64,000 nt of DNA from NCBI GenBank assembly GCA_963704905.1, contig CAVPHZ010000002.1:75011-139010 (forward strand), given 5' to 3'. A program made the translations under genes and the position numbers. The notes under the pieces were generated by a model. The model did not search any database and was not told the origin of the DNA. It saw only the letters and a list, made by a program, of their open reading frames with translations. This document shows, piece after piece, positions 28,658 through 38,484 of the stretch; positions within the stretch are counted from its first letter, which is position 1; each line of letters starts with the position of its first letter. The stretch is from Candidatus Chisholmbacteria bacterium. Its GTDB lineage: Bacteria > Patescibacteriota > Microgenomatia > UBA1400 > Chisholmbacteraceae.

Positions 28658-30654
28658 AAAAAAAGGAAAATAACACCAAAGATCAAGAAATAAACAAGAT
28701 TTCACTATCCGATGATTTGAACCATGACAATTCAGTAGAAATACCTAAACAAGATAGTGAAGAATCCAAACAAGTCATGCCTGAGCATAATCCGAAAAGT
28801 ACACATAGAGGGAAAATAGTAAAGAAAGTAGGAGTTATTCTCCTTATCCTACTTCTTCTGTTTATCGGGTTGGGAATATTTGCATATGTACAGGTTAAAG
28901 CGGTAATGAGCTCTGCGCATTCTACTCTAGATTCTGCCCAGGCTGTCTATGATGCCGGAAAAAACCAAGATCTAATTACTGCAAACAGCAGCCTTGAAGA
29001 AGTGAAAGTCAAACTCTCCCAGACACAAGGCAAATTCAAGGCAATGAGCTGGATAGGGTTCGTACCCGTCGCCGGACGCTATTGGCATGATGGAGACCAT
29101 GCATTGACTGCCGCTCAAGCAGGGGTTGAAGCAGCAGACATTTTCGTCGATGCTGTCGAACCCTACGCAGACGTTCTCGGATTTTCTGGGCAAGGAAGCT
29201 TTATGGGAGGAACAGCTGAGGATCGAATTGTCAAAGTTGTCGAAACGCTCGATAAAGTTACACCTCAACTTGACGAGGTTGGCAAGCGACTTGAAACAGT
29301 CACTCAGCAGCTGGATCAGATCGATCCAGAGCGTTATCAATTTACTTATCAAGGAAGACAGGTTGATGAGACGATCTCACAAGCACAAGAGGTAGCCCAT
29401 GGGGTGTTATTTGCCGTCACCACCGCCAAACCAGCATTTGAACAATTACCGAAAATGATGGGTGTTGAAGAGGAGCGAAAATACATGGTGATGTTTCAAA
29501 ACGACGCAGAATTGAGAGCAACCGGCGGATTCATGACCGCCTATGCCATCCTCCGCGTAGAGAAGGGGAAAGTGTTTCAAGAGAAGAGTGAAGATATCTA
29601 TACACTGGATAATAAATTTAATTCTTCTGTACCAGCTCCTGAGATCATTCGGAAATACTTACCGCTTGTGTATCGACAATATCTCAGGGATATCAACCTC
29701 TCCCCGGACTTTAAAATTTCAATGGATGCATTTTCTTTCTACTATAATGATTTGCCGGGTGAGCCGGATATCAATGGCATTATTGCTGTAGATACTCAAG
29801 TACTTCGGGACATTATTGAAGTGTTGGGACCGATTGAGGTTCCAGGCTATGGAACCTTTAGCGCTGAAATTGATGACCGGTGCGACTGCCCACAAGTTAT
29901 CTATGAATTAGAGCTTCTCGCCGATCGTCCTACTGCGACACTTCGAGAAAATAGAAAGGGTGTCTTAGCACCAATGTTTCAATCGATTCTATTTAAAGCC
30001 TATGGTTCACCAAAACAGCAGTGGCCAGATCTCTTAGAAGCAGTTATAAGTAATATCAATGAGAAGCATGTTCTCTTCTACATGTATGATGCTCAGCAGC
30101 AGGAAGCGGCAGAAAAGATCAACATCGCTGGAAGAATACGAAATTTTGATGGAGATTATTTCCACCTTAATGACACAAACTTTGCGGGGGCCAAATCAAA
30201 CATGTTCACAGATAACGAAGTTGAACACGTTTATGAAGTCCAGGATGATGGATCACTTGTCAAAACAGTCACTATAAAATATCAAAATCCTTTTCCACCT
30301 AGTAACTGCAATCTTGAAGCAGGAGAGCTCTGCTTAAATGGAACATTAAGAAATGTAGCCAGAGTATATGTACCAGAGGGAAGCGAATTGATAGAAGCAC
30401 TTGGATCAGAATTAGAAGTTGAGACCAAGGACGAACTTGGAAAGACTATGTTCGAGGCATTTTTTACTCTACAACCTGAAAGTCAAGCAAAACTTGTATT
30501 AAAGTACAAGCTCCCCATGAAAGCCGAGGATGAATTGAAGCTACTCATTCAGAAGCAACCTGGAAAACGCAATCCAAAACATACAATAGACACTTCCAAA
30601 TCCACACAGGTCTACGAACTCCTTTCCGATAAGGAAATAACAGTCGATCTCTAA
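28651..30654 (+). CDS. DUF4012-domain membrane-anchored protein
   Basis: One TM helix, coiled-coil region, FQNDAELRATGGF, RDINLSPDF, GIIAVD, IQKQPG. Confidence 0.75.
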   Translation: MVKKKENNTKDQEINKISLSDDLNHDNSVEIPKQDSEESKQVMPEHNPKSTHRGKIVKKVGVILLILLLLFIGLGIFAYVQVKAVMSSAHSTLDSAQAVYDAGKNQDLITANSSLEEVKVKLSQTQGKFKAMSWIGFVPVAGRYWHDGDHALTAAQAGVEAADIFVDAVEPYADVLGFSGQGSFMGGTAEDRIVKVVETLDKVTPQLDEVGKRLETVTQQLDQIDPERYQFTYQGRQVDETISQAQEVAHGVLFAVTTAKPAFEQLPKMMGVEEERKYMVMFQNDAELRATGGFMTAYAILRVEKGKVFQEKSEDIYTLDNKFNSSVPAPEIIRKYLPLVYRQYLRDINLSPDFKISMDAFSFYYNDLPGEPDINGIIAVDTQVLRDIIEVLGPIEVPGYGTFSAEIDDRCDCPQVIYELELLADRPTATLRENRKGVLAPMFQSILFKAYGSPKQQWPDLLEAVISNINEKHVLFYMYDAQQQEAAEKINIAGRIRNFDGDYFHLNDTNFAGAKSNMFTDNEVEHVYEVQDDGSLVKTVTIKYQNPFPPSNCNLEAGELCLNGTLRNVARVYVPEGSELIEALGSELEVETKDELGKTMFEAFFTLQPESQAKLVLKYKLPMKAEDELKLLIQKQPGKRNPKHTIDTSKSTQVYELLSDKEITVDL

Positions 30655-30705
30655 GCAATCAAAAATCTAAACGATCACTGCCGAAGTGATACACTAGTAT
30701 CTCCT

Positions 30706-31251
30706 ATGCGCATTCGAACGTTCACTACAGAAGCAATCATTATCAATCGTTATAATTTTGCCGAAGCTGATCGACTACTTACCATTTTTAGTAAGGACTA
30801 TGGCAAAATTCGATGTATAGCCAAAGGTGTCAGACGTCCAACTTCAAGAAAATCCGGACATGTCGAGCTCTTTGACCGCACGAAACTCTATATTGCACGA
30901 GGAAAAAACATCGATATTATTACCCAAGCGCAGGTTCTTGAGCGTTTCACAACACTACATACATCTCTTAAAGCAGCCAAGGCAGCCTTTCATATCATTG
31001 AGCTCATCAATCTTCTATTTGCTGAAAAACAGGAAAGTCCAGGCATCTTTGAGGACGTCATCGAGACCCTCCGTGTAATTGATAGTCAGCAACATGCGAC
31101 CAGCGGACAAATTGCTAAACTTGAGGAGAAGATCCTTGCGGAACTCGGATTTGGCACTCCGCAACAAGCCTCTAAGGAAACTCTCCACCAACATATTGAA
31201 GAGATCGTAGAACAAAAATTAAAAACAGTTGAAATATTTAAAGATATCTAG
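30706..31251 (+). CDS. recO: DNA repair protein RecO (short form)
   Basis: EADRLLTIFSKDYGKIRCIAKGVRR; no C-terminal zinc finger. Confidence 0.88.
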   Translation: MRIRTFTTEAIIINRYNFAEADRLLTIFSKDYGKIRCIAKGVRRPTSRKSGHVELFDRTKLYIARGKNIDIITQAQVLERFTTLHTSLKAAKAAFHIIELINLLFAEKQESPGIFEDVIETLRVIDSQQHATSGQIAKLEEKILAELGFGTPQQASKETLHQHIEEIVEQKLKTVEIFKDI

Positions 31252-31285
31252 TGCTCAATTTCCCTCAATTTGGTAGGATATCGCT

Positions 31286-32641
31286 ATGGCAAATACGCTA
31301 GACAAGGTTATTTCACTCGCCAAACGAAGAGGTTTTGTATTTCCTGGATCTGAAATATATGGCGGACTAGCTAACACCTACGACTATGGACCGCTTGGAT
31401 CCCAGATGCTAAAAAACCTACGCGATTGGTGGTGGGAGCGATTTGTCGAAAGTCGAGCCAACGTCTTTCCTCTTGAAACCAGCATCATCATGAGTCCGCG
31501 AGTTTGGGAGGCTGCCGGTCACACAGAAAGTTTTACCGACGCACTCATCGATTGTCGAGCTTGTCATACACGAACTCGGGCCGATCATCTGATTGAAAGC
31601 AAGCTTAAAAATGTCAAGGTTGAAGGTAAGAGTGTACACGAGCTTGATGAGCTTATCAAAAACACCAACTAAAGTGCCCCAACTGCGGTAACTTTAATTG
31701 GACAAAAGCCCGAGAGTTTAATCTACTTTTTGAGACTAACATTGGCATCGTTCCTGAAAATCAATCGCGAGCTTACTTACGCGGCGAGACAGCTCAGGGG
31801 ATGTTCGTCGACTTCAAGCAAGTCCTAGACAGCATGCGACCCACCTTGCCATTCGGTATCGCTCAATCAGGCAAAGCCTTTCGTAATGAAATTACCAAGG
31901 GCAAGTTCACCTTCCGAACGTTGGAGTTTGATCTGGCTGAATTTGAGTATTTTGTTCGGGAAAATGAATGGGAAAAATGGTTCGAGTATTGGAAGAAAGA
32001 AGTTGAAGCCTGGGCAAAAGATCTTGGGGTAAAACAGGAAAAATTCCGTTGGCGACCTCACACTAAAGATGAACTTAGCCATTATTCAAAACACACCGAA
32101 GATCTAGAATATAAATATCCTTTTGGTTTTAAGGAATGGTTTGCGGTTGCCTACAGAACCGACTTTGACCTCAAAAATCACGCCCAACAATCCGGACAAG
32201 ATCTGCACTTCACCGATCATCACACTGGAGATAAATTTATTCCCCATGTCATTGAACCAACCTTTGGTTTAAGTCGAAGCATGGTCACCTTTCTCATCGA
32301 TGCCTATCACGAAGAAAAAGACAGAGTTGTTCTCAGGCTCCATCCCCGCATCGCACCAATTAAAGTCGCTGTCTTTCCGCTCTTAAAGAATAAAGAGAAG
32401 CTCGTCAAAAAAGCACAAACTGTTTCATCAATTGTCTAGTCACCTTCCAACAGCTTGGGACGATCGAGGAAATATCGGTAAACGCTATTTCAGCCAGGAT
32501 GAAATTGGCACTCCTTGGTGTGTGACTGTTGACTTTGACACGCTCAAAAATAACTCTGTTACAGTTCGAGATCGAGATTCAACGAAGCAGAACAGGATTA
32601 AAATCAGCAAATTGGAGGATTATTTTAATGAAAAACTCTAA
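31286..32641 (+). CDS. glyQS: Glycine--tRNA ligase, alpha2 (GlyQS/GRS1) type, split by two frameshifts (probable sequencing errors)
   Basis: KRRGFVFPGSEIYGG, YLRGETAQG, GKAFRNEI, ELSHYS, VIEPTFG, IGKRYFSQDEIGTP fall in three frames. Shifts at the A5 run 31658-62 and near 32425. Confidence 0.88.
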
Positions 32642-33445
32642 ACTCATCATTGTCATCCTCTCAGTCATAGTTCTACTTGTGGGGGCCGTGATGGGTGTTA
32701 AATTTCTGAGAGGAAACTCATCAGAGTCACAAACTGAACAGTTAAACAAAAAAATAGAGCCTGTAAATCAGATTCCAGTCACTGAACGGCCATTTGCACA
32801 AATACTACCTCGCAGCGATGGCAGAGAAGTAACTATTATTGTCGATCAATACCAAACTTCCAGCGAAGTGGAATATGAACTCGAATATCAAGCAGGTACT
32901 TTACTTCAAGGAGCTTTTGGAACAATTGATTTCACTACAGAGAACCCGCCAGTAAAAAGAAACATCTTCTTGGGTCATGTAGTGCAGGCGGAAAATGCAG
33001 TTATCACGAAGATGTGAATGGAGGTTCCTTGGTACTTCGATACAAGAGCTCAACGACTACAAAGCTTAAAGGTGAGTGGAATTTTCAAACAATGAAGAAC
33101 AAAAAGGTCGTTTTTCATCTCGAGATGCAAAATTCACCTTTAATGTCGGAGAAAAAGGACTTCCATCATCAACCTTTGCAGTTGTGGCTCAGACAATGGG
33201 TCCGCCAGGTGTAGTCGATGGAGAAATTATTGCTGGACCATATCTTGTCAGTTTTCCCGATGGTGTAAGTCCAACGGGGAAAGAATTGCAGTTACGCTAC
33301 GTTTAAATGAATTAAATGCTGATGCAGTATTGCTCGGATGGTCTGAAGATGGTTGGGTGGAGTATGAGAGTGAAGTAACGACCAAATCTTAAGCGCCACG
33401 GTGAACAAAGTAACGACCTTTGTAGCAGTGAGTAGTGTTCAATAG
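32628..33445 (+). CDS. Membrane-anchored hypothetical protein, multiply frameshifted
   Basis: N-terminal TM, EYELEY, and a GSCSAGGKCSY-like segment after a shift. Fragments 32529-33017, 33014-33214 and 33076-33306 look like one gene; the end is approximate. Confidence 0.5.
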
Positions 33446-33495
33446 TCTCTTCAATCTTTTTCAGCGAAATACAAAAAAATACTGAAAACTAGCCC

Positions 33496-33550
33496 TTGAC
33501 AAACGGGATCAAAATAATCTTCAATGGTAATAGTGGTGAAAAGTGGTGAA
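33496..33550 (+). promoter_or_regulatory. dcw promoter region with MraZ-type GTGG direct repeats
   Basis: TTGACA 33496-501; AGTGGTGAA repeated with 10-bp period (GTGG at 33533 and 33543), plus ATGG at 33524; about 55 nt upstream of mraZ. Confidence 0.7.
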
Positions 33551-33604
33551 TAAACCTATATAAATAGTAGAACACATATCTCCTGCCCAGATTGGTAGGC
33601 AATA

Positions 33605-34033
33605 GTGTTCATAGGAATTTATTATCACACATTAGAATCAAAGGGCAGATTGGCAATTCCCGCCAAGTTTCGGACACAAATTGACAAAGGGAGTGTTGTA
33701 ACAAGGGGCCTTGATGGATGTCTTTTCCTCTTCCCTGCCAAGAATGGGAAAGACTCATACAAAAGCTCCATCATAGCCCCTTGACACAAAAGGACGCTCG
33801 AGAATTTGTTCGGTTCATGACTCATCATGCTGCGGAAGTTCAATTTGACAAGTCAGGGCAGAACCAAGATACCATAACATCTTCAAGAATTTGCAGGCTT
33901 GACAAAAGAAGTGGTCATAGCCGGAACATGACAAGAGTTGAAATTTGGGATAAGCGGATTTACCAACTATAGAGACGAATTGGAAAAGACTGGGGAGAAG
34001 TTAGCCGACGTATGACCTGAATTAGGAATTTAA
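33605..34033 (+). CDS. mraZ: Transcriptional regulator MraZ, frameshifted in this sequence
   Basis: Manual translation from GTG 33605: MFIGIYYHTLESKGRLAIPAKFR...TRGLDGCLFLFP; later frames give AREFVRF, FDKSG, RVEIWD. Confidence 0.85.
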
Positions 34034-34098
34034 TCTTGAAGAAACACATCTTGGTGGGATTAATATAATCTATTAAACGGACAGAGAAAGGAGCTAAC

Positions 34099-34263
34099 AT
34101 GGCGATGTTCAACGGTGACGAGATGCGCCGCCGGCTTGAAGAAAACCTTCGCCGCTTGAACTTCAAGCTCAAATTCAAGCGCAATCGCAGGAAGTTCAAG
34201 AACCACTCCAAGCTCAACCAATGGTCAGCAGCAATAAAATCAGATATCACGCACCTGTGTTGA
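34099..34263 (+). CDS. Small ORF (54 aa as read) with strong SD, or N-terminal extension of RsmH
   Basis: GAAAGGAG 5' of ATG 34099; MAMFNGDEMRRRLEENLRR... One added base would put it in frame with rsmH. Confidence 0.4.
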   Translation: MAMFNGDEMRRRLEENLRRLNFKLKFKRNRRKFKNHSKLNQWSAAIKSDITHLC

Positions 34264-35135
34264 CTGAAGTTATTGAGGGTTTAGGATGTCGAGCTGGGAG
34301 AAGATATATAGACGCGACGGTTGGTGATGGAGGACACTCAAAAGAAATCATACTGAGGGGAGGAAGTGCTTGGAATTGATAGGGAGTAGATCAGATAAAG
34401 AGCCAAAAAACGACTTAGAAGAGTTGTCGAACAGGTTGGTAAAACAAACTTGATCAAACATTTAAAAACCCGAAACTGGTACACGGAAACTTTACCGATA
34501 TAAAACAAATTGCTCAAAAGCATGACTTTTTCACGCCAACTGGCATCCTGTTTGATCTCGGTGTATCATCTTATCAGCTTGACATCGATAACGGGTTTAA
34601 GTTTTCAAAGAAATCACGATCTCGACATGCGTCTGGATAAACAGACAAACTTACAGCAAAAAAATTATCAATTCTTATTCAGAGGAGGAGATTATATGAA
34701 CTTTTTACTCGAAATGCTCAGGAAAAGTTGGCTAGGCCAATTAGTAAAGCTATTGTCAATGCCCGTCGTCTGATGAAAATAAATACAACCAATCATCTTG
34801 CGAGAATCGTAGCCTCAGTTGCACTGCGAAAAAACTCAAAACTCCATCCAGCAACAAAAGTATTTCTCGCCTTGAGAATAGAAGTTAATCATGAAATTGA
34901 GAATCTTAAGCTCGGAATTGAAAACGCAATAAAGTTACTCAAACCAAATGGGAGACTCGCAGTCATAAGTTTCCATGAAACAGAGGACAGACTCGTAAAA
35001 CAATTAGTACGGAAAGCAAACAGAAGCGGACAGCTCAAAATAATCACAAAAAAACCACTAACATCATCGAGAAGTGAGAGAGAGGTAAATCCAAGAAGTA
35101 GAAGTGCAAAATTACGCATCGCCGAGAAAATATGA
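34221..35135 (+). CDS. rsmH: 16S rRNA m4C1402 methyltransferase RsmH (MraW), frameshifted in this sequence
   Basis: YHAPVL, YIDATVGDGGHS, LFDLGVSSYQLD, LDMRLD, HPATKVFLALRIEVN, ISFHETEDRLVK, NPRSRSAKLR across several frames. Confidence 0.88.
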
Positions 35136-35437
35136 CAGACCAGCATTCAAACCGATCACAAAAAAGGCTCATCTCATTTATGCTATTGTTTGTTGTTTTG
35201 CTGATTACAGCAAATCTTGTCGTCAGCAATACTCTTGCCACCACCGGTGAGCAGCTACGAAGTCTCCATACTAGGAGATCGAATCTCGAAAACCAAAACG
35301 ATCAACTCAAACAGCTCATTGTGAAGTACAGTACACTTGAAACAGTAGAAGAAAGAGCCTTTGAGTTAGGCATGGGAAAAGTAGAAGTGACGCGTAATCT
35401 CCAGCTTAACACCCCTGTAGCAATGAAACAATTATGA
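35132..35437 (+). CDS. ftsL: FtsL-like cell division protein
   Basis: Short cytoplasmic tail, one TM, leucine-zipper coiled coil, AFELGM; lies between rsmH and ftsI. Confidence 0.65.
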   Translation: MTDQHSNRSQKRLISFMLLFVVLLITANLVVSNTLATTGEQLRSLHTRRSNLENQNDQLKQLIVKYSTLETVEERAFELGMGKVEVTRNLQLNTPVAMKQL

Positions 35438-37177
35438 CTCTGAAGAGGTTAAACCTAACGGTCGGCATCTTCCTTGTTTTTGTTGGATTGATTATTGCCA
35501 GATTATTTTATTGGCAAGTCATCAGTGCTGAGGAATTAGCAGCAATTGGAGAAAGCCAGCATATCAGCAAGGTCGAAATACCCTCCAAACGTGGAGAGAT
35601 TCGAACAGCTGATGGTTTTCCTCTAGCCGCCAACCAGGAAACCTTTCTCATATTCGCATATTTACCACAACTTGAACAGTCCTCATCTGAGATCGTTGAT
35701 CAACTCATTCCAATTATTGGAAATAAAATCATTGAAAAAGATGCAACTTCCTCTGCCGAGAAAAGAGCAGTACTGAACCTGAAAGCAAGAGAAGTGCTCA
35801 AAGAAAAACTAGATAAAGACAGCGTGTCTTGGGTACCGCTTGTAAATAATGCTGATATCACTGAGAAAAAAGCAGTCGAAGCGCTTGATATTAGTGGAAT
35901 AGGTATTGAGCCATCATTTACCCGCGATTACCCAGAAGCGTCTATGGCAGCAAATATCTTGGGGTTTGTAGGGCGCGACACAGCCGGGAATCCTAAGGGG
36001 TACTTTGGGCTTGAAGGGTATTATGATCTTGAGCTCAGGGGGAGATCAGGGATGCTTCGGCAAGAAAAAGACGCTACGGGAAAACCAATTCTCATCGGAC
36101 GATACAATGAGCTCGAAGTCAAAGAAGGAAGGCATTTAGTTCTACACATTGATCGGGCGATACAGAAAAACGTAGAGGAAAAACTCAACAGATGGGCTGA
36201 GAAAATACGGAGCAAAGAGTGGCGAAGTAGTCATTATGGAGCCCAAAACTGGAAAGGTAACCGCAATAGCCTCATTACCAGGATATCATCCAGAGAGTTT
36301 CAGCGATTATGATCCATCGCTGTATAAAAATCCAGTGATATCTGAGTCGTACGAGCCTGGTTCTACGTTTAAAGTTTTAACCATGTCAGCGGCACTTGAC
36401 TCCGGAGCAGTAAATGTTGAAACCGAGTGCACGATCTGTGCCGGTCCGGTCAATATTGGTGCGTATACAATACGGACTTGGAACGATGAATACCATCCCA
36501 GTGCAACGATGAAAGAAGTTATTCAGTACTCCGATAACGTCGGGATGGTATTTGTTTCAAGGCAACTTGGAAAAGAAAAACTCTATGAGTATCTAACGAA
36601 TTTTGGAATCGGAAAAAAAACAGGTATAGACCTTGAAGAAGAATCAACCACCCCTATCCGAGATCTTGATGACTGGAAAGAAATCGATCTCGCTACAGCC
36701 TCATTTGGCCAAGGAGTGGCCGTTACGGGAATCCAAATGACTAGAGCAGTCGCGGCAATTGCAAATGATGGTCTTTTACCAACCCCTCAGATAGTTGACC
36801 AAGTGATAGGAGAAAATCGCTTAGATGTTAATCCACATGAACTAAAACGGGTGTTAAAAAAAACCACCGCAAGAGCAATGACGGATCTTATGGTAAACGC
36901 GGTAGACAACGGAGAATCAAAGTGGGCAAAGCCGAAAGGATTTAAAATTGCTGGAAAAACTGGAACAGCTCAAATTCCAGTTGCTGGTCATTATGATACT
37001 GATAAAACCATAGCCAGCTTCATTGGCTTTGCTCCGGCGGACAATCCAAAATTTGTGATGTTGGTAAAGCTTAGGGAGCCAGAGACTTCGCCTTGGGGCT
37101 CAGAGACAGCGGCCCCTCTTTGGTTTTCTATTGCGCAAGACTTATTTTATTACTATGGCATTCAACCTGAGGAATAA
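35434..37177 (+). CDS. ftsI: Class B penicillin-binding protein (FtsI-like), one frameshift near 36190
   Basis: RGEIRTADG, RDYP, GLEGYYD; transpeptidase motifs STFK, SDN, KTGTAQ. Removing one base near 36190 joins the two ORFs (KLTDGLRKYGAKSGEVVIMEP). Confidence 0.85.
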
Positions 37178-37209
37178 ATCATTCTTCTCGAGTGAGGTAT
37201 AATTCACTC

Positions 37210-38484
37210 ATGTCCGAGTCTCAATACAATCTAAGAAGTTCTCCGCTGGGAGAAGGAGTTCGAAGTCTCATCCCCAATGAAGTCGTGAACACTCTCTGGC
37301 ATCTTCCCCGGGCAATACTCGCCAATCTTCAATTCGGATTTCCTTCAAATAAATTAATAGTAATTGGGGTAACCGGTACCAAAGGAAAAACTTCAACTGC
37401 TCATTTGATCTATCACATATTAAGTAAATCCAAGAAGAAAGTTGCGCTCATCTCAACCGTAAGTGCTATGATCAATGGTCAAGAGATAGATACTGGTCTC
37501 CATGTTACAAATCCCAACCCCTACAAACTTCAAACATTGCTTAAGAAGATGGTTGATGAAGACGTTGAAATAGTAGTGTTGGAAGTTACAAGTCACGGTC
37601 TTGCTCAACATAGAAATTGGGGTATTCGATTTGAACTTGGTATCATCACCAATATCCAAGCTGACCATATTCAATATCACGGCGGGATTGATAAATATCG
37701 GTTGGCAAAAGCCAAACTTATCAGCCAGTCGTCCAAAGTGTTTCTCAACGCCGATGACCCGCAAAGAGAGTTCTTGACTTTGTTTGCCAAAAAGCACAAT
37801 GTACCGGTCATTCTCTACTCAGGAAATATCGATGATTTCCAGTCTCAAAACCAGCAAGCCGCAATTAAAGTTTCACAAGAATTTGGGGTTACAGAGAACA
37901 AAGCCAAGTCTTTACTCAGCACTTTTCCAGGAATTCCCGGAAGAATGGAAACAATTCAAGACACTCCTCTAATGGTCGTCATTGACTTTGCTCATACTCC
38001 CGATAGTCTTAAGGCCGCACTGCTCACTCTTCGGCGAAAAGTAGATAAGGGTAGCAGACTCATCGCGGTTTTTGGCTGTGCAGGACAACGAGATCCTGGA
38101 AGAAGAATGATGGGGGCTGTTGCAGCGAAGTATGCTGACCTGTTTATCATTACTGCTGAAGATCCGCGTACAGAGAGAGTTGAAAAAATAAGCAGCGACA
38201 TTGCCAAGCATGCGGTAAACGAAGGTGCGATCGAGATATCTCAAGAGAAGTTTCATTCCTATGAACGAAAGCAGAATAAGAGTTCAGCAATCTTTACCAG
38301 GATTCCTGATAGAAAAAAAGCTATAGCCAAAGCCATCCACATAGCCAGGCCTGGAGATGTGGTAGGATTATTTGGAAAAGGACATGAAAAGAGTATGTGC
38401 TTTGGCAAAACAGAATATCCGTGGTCAGAACACGAAGTTGTTCATCAGGCACTGAACATAACCAAAAGAAAGGAAGAGAAATGA
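37210..38484 (+). CDS. murE: UDP-MurNAc-dipeptide amino acid ligase MurE
   Basis: GVTGTKGKTST, LEVTSHGLAQHR, PGRME, DFAHTPD, FGCAGQRD, EDPR, GKGHE. TATAAT lies 6 nt before ATG 37210. Confidence 0.9.
   Translation: MSESQYNLRSSPLGEGVRSLIPNEVVNTLWHLPRAILANLQFGFPSNKLIVIGVTGTKGKTSTAHLIYHILSKSKKKVALISTVSAMINGQEIDTGLHVTNPNPYKLQTLLKKMVDEDVEIVVLEVTSHGLAQHRNWGIRFELGIITNIQADHIQYHGGIDKYRLAKAKLISQSSKVFLNADDPQREFLTLFAKKHNVPVILYSGNIDDFQSQNQQAAIKVSQEFGVTENKAKSLLSTFPGIPGRMETIQDTPLMVVIDFAHTPDSLKAALLTLRRKVDKGSRLIAVFGCAGQRDPGRRMMGAVAAKYADLFIITAEDPRTERVEKISSDIAKHAVNEGAIEISQEKFHSYERKQNKSSAIFTRIPDRKKAIAKAIHIARPGDVVGLFGKGHEKSMCFGKTEYPWSEHEVVHQALNITKRKEEK

Noticed and set aside
28656-28664. A9 tract at the start of the DUF4012 gene as a contingency locus
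   Set aside because: It is in frame, encodes Lys codons, and A7-A9 runs are common in this AT-rich sequence.
31286-35135. glyQS, mraZ and rsmH as true pseudogenes
   Set aside because: Motifs are intact and the damage is clustered indels, which fits consensus error better than decay.
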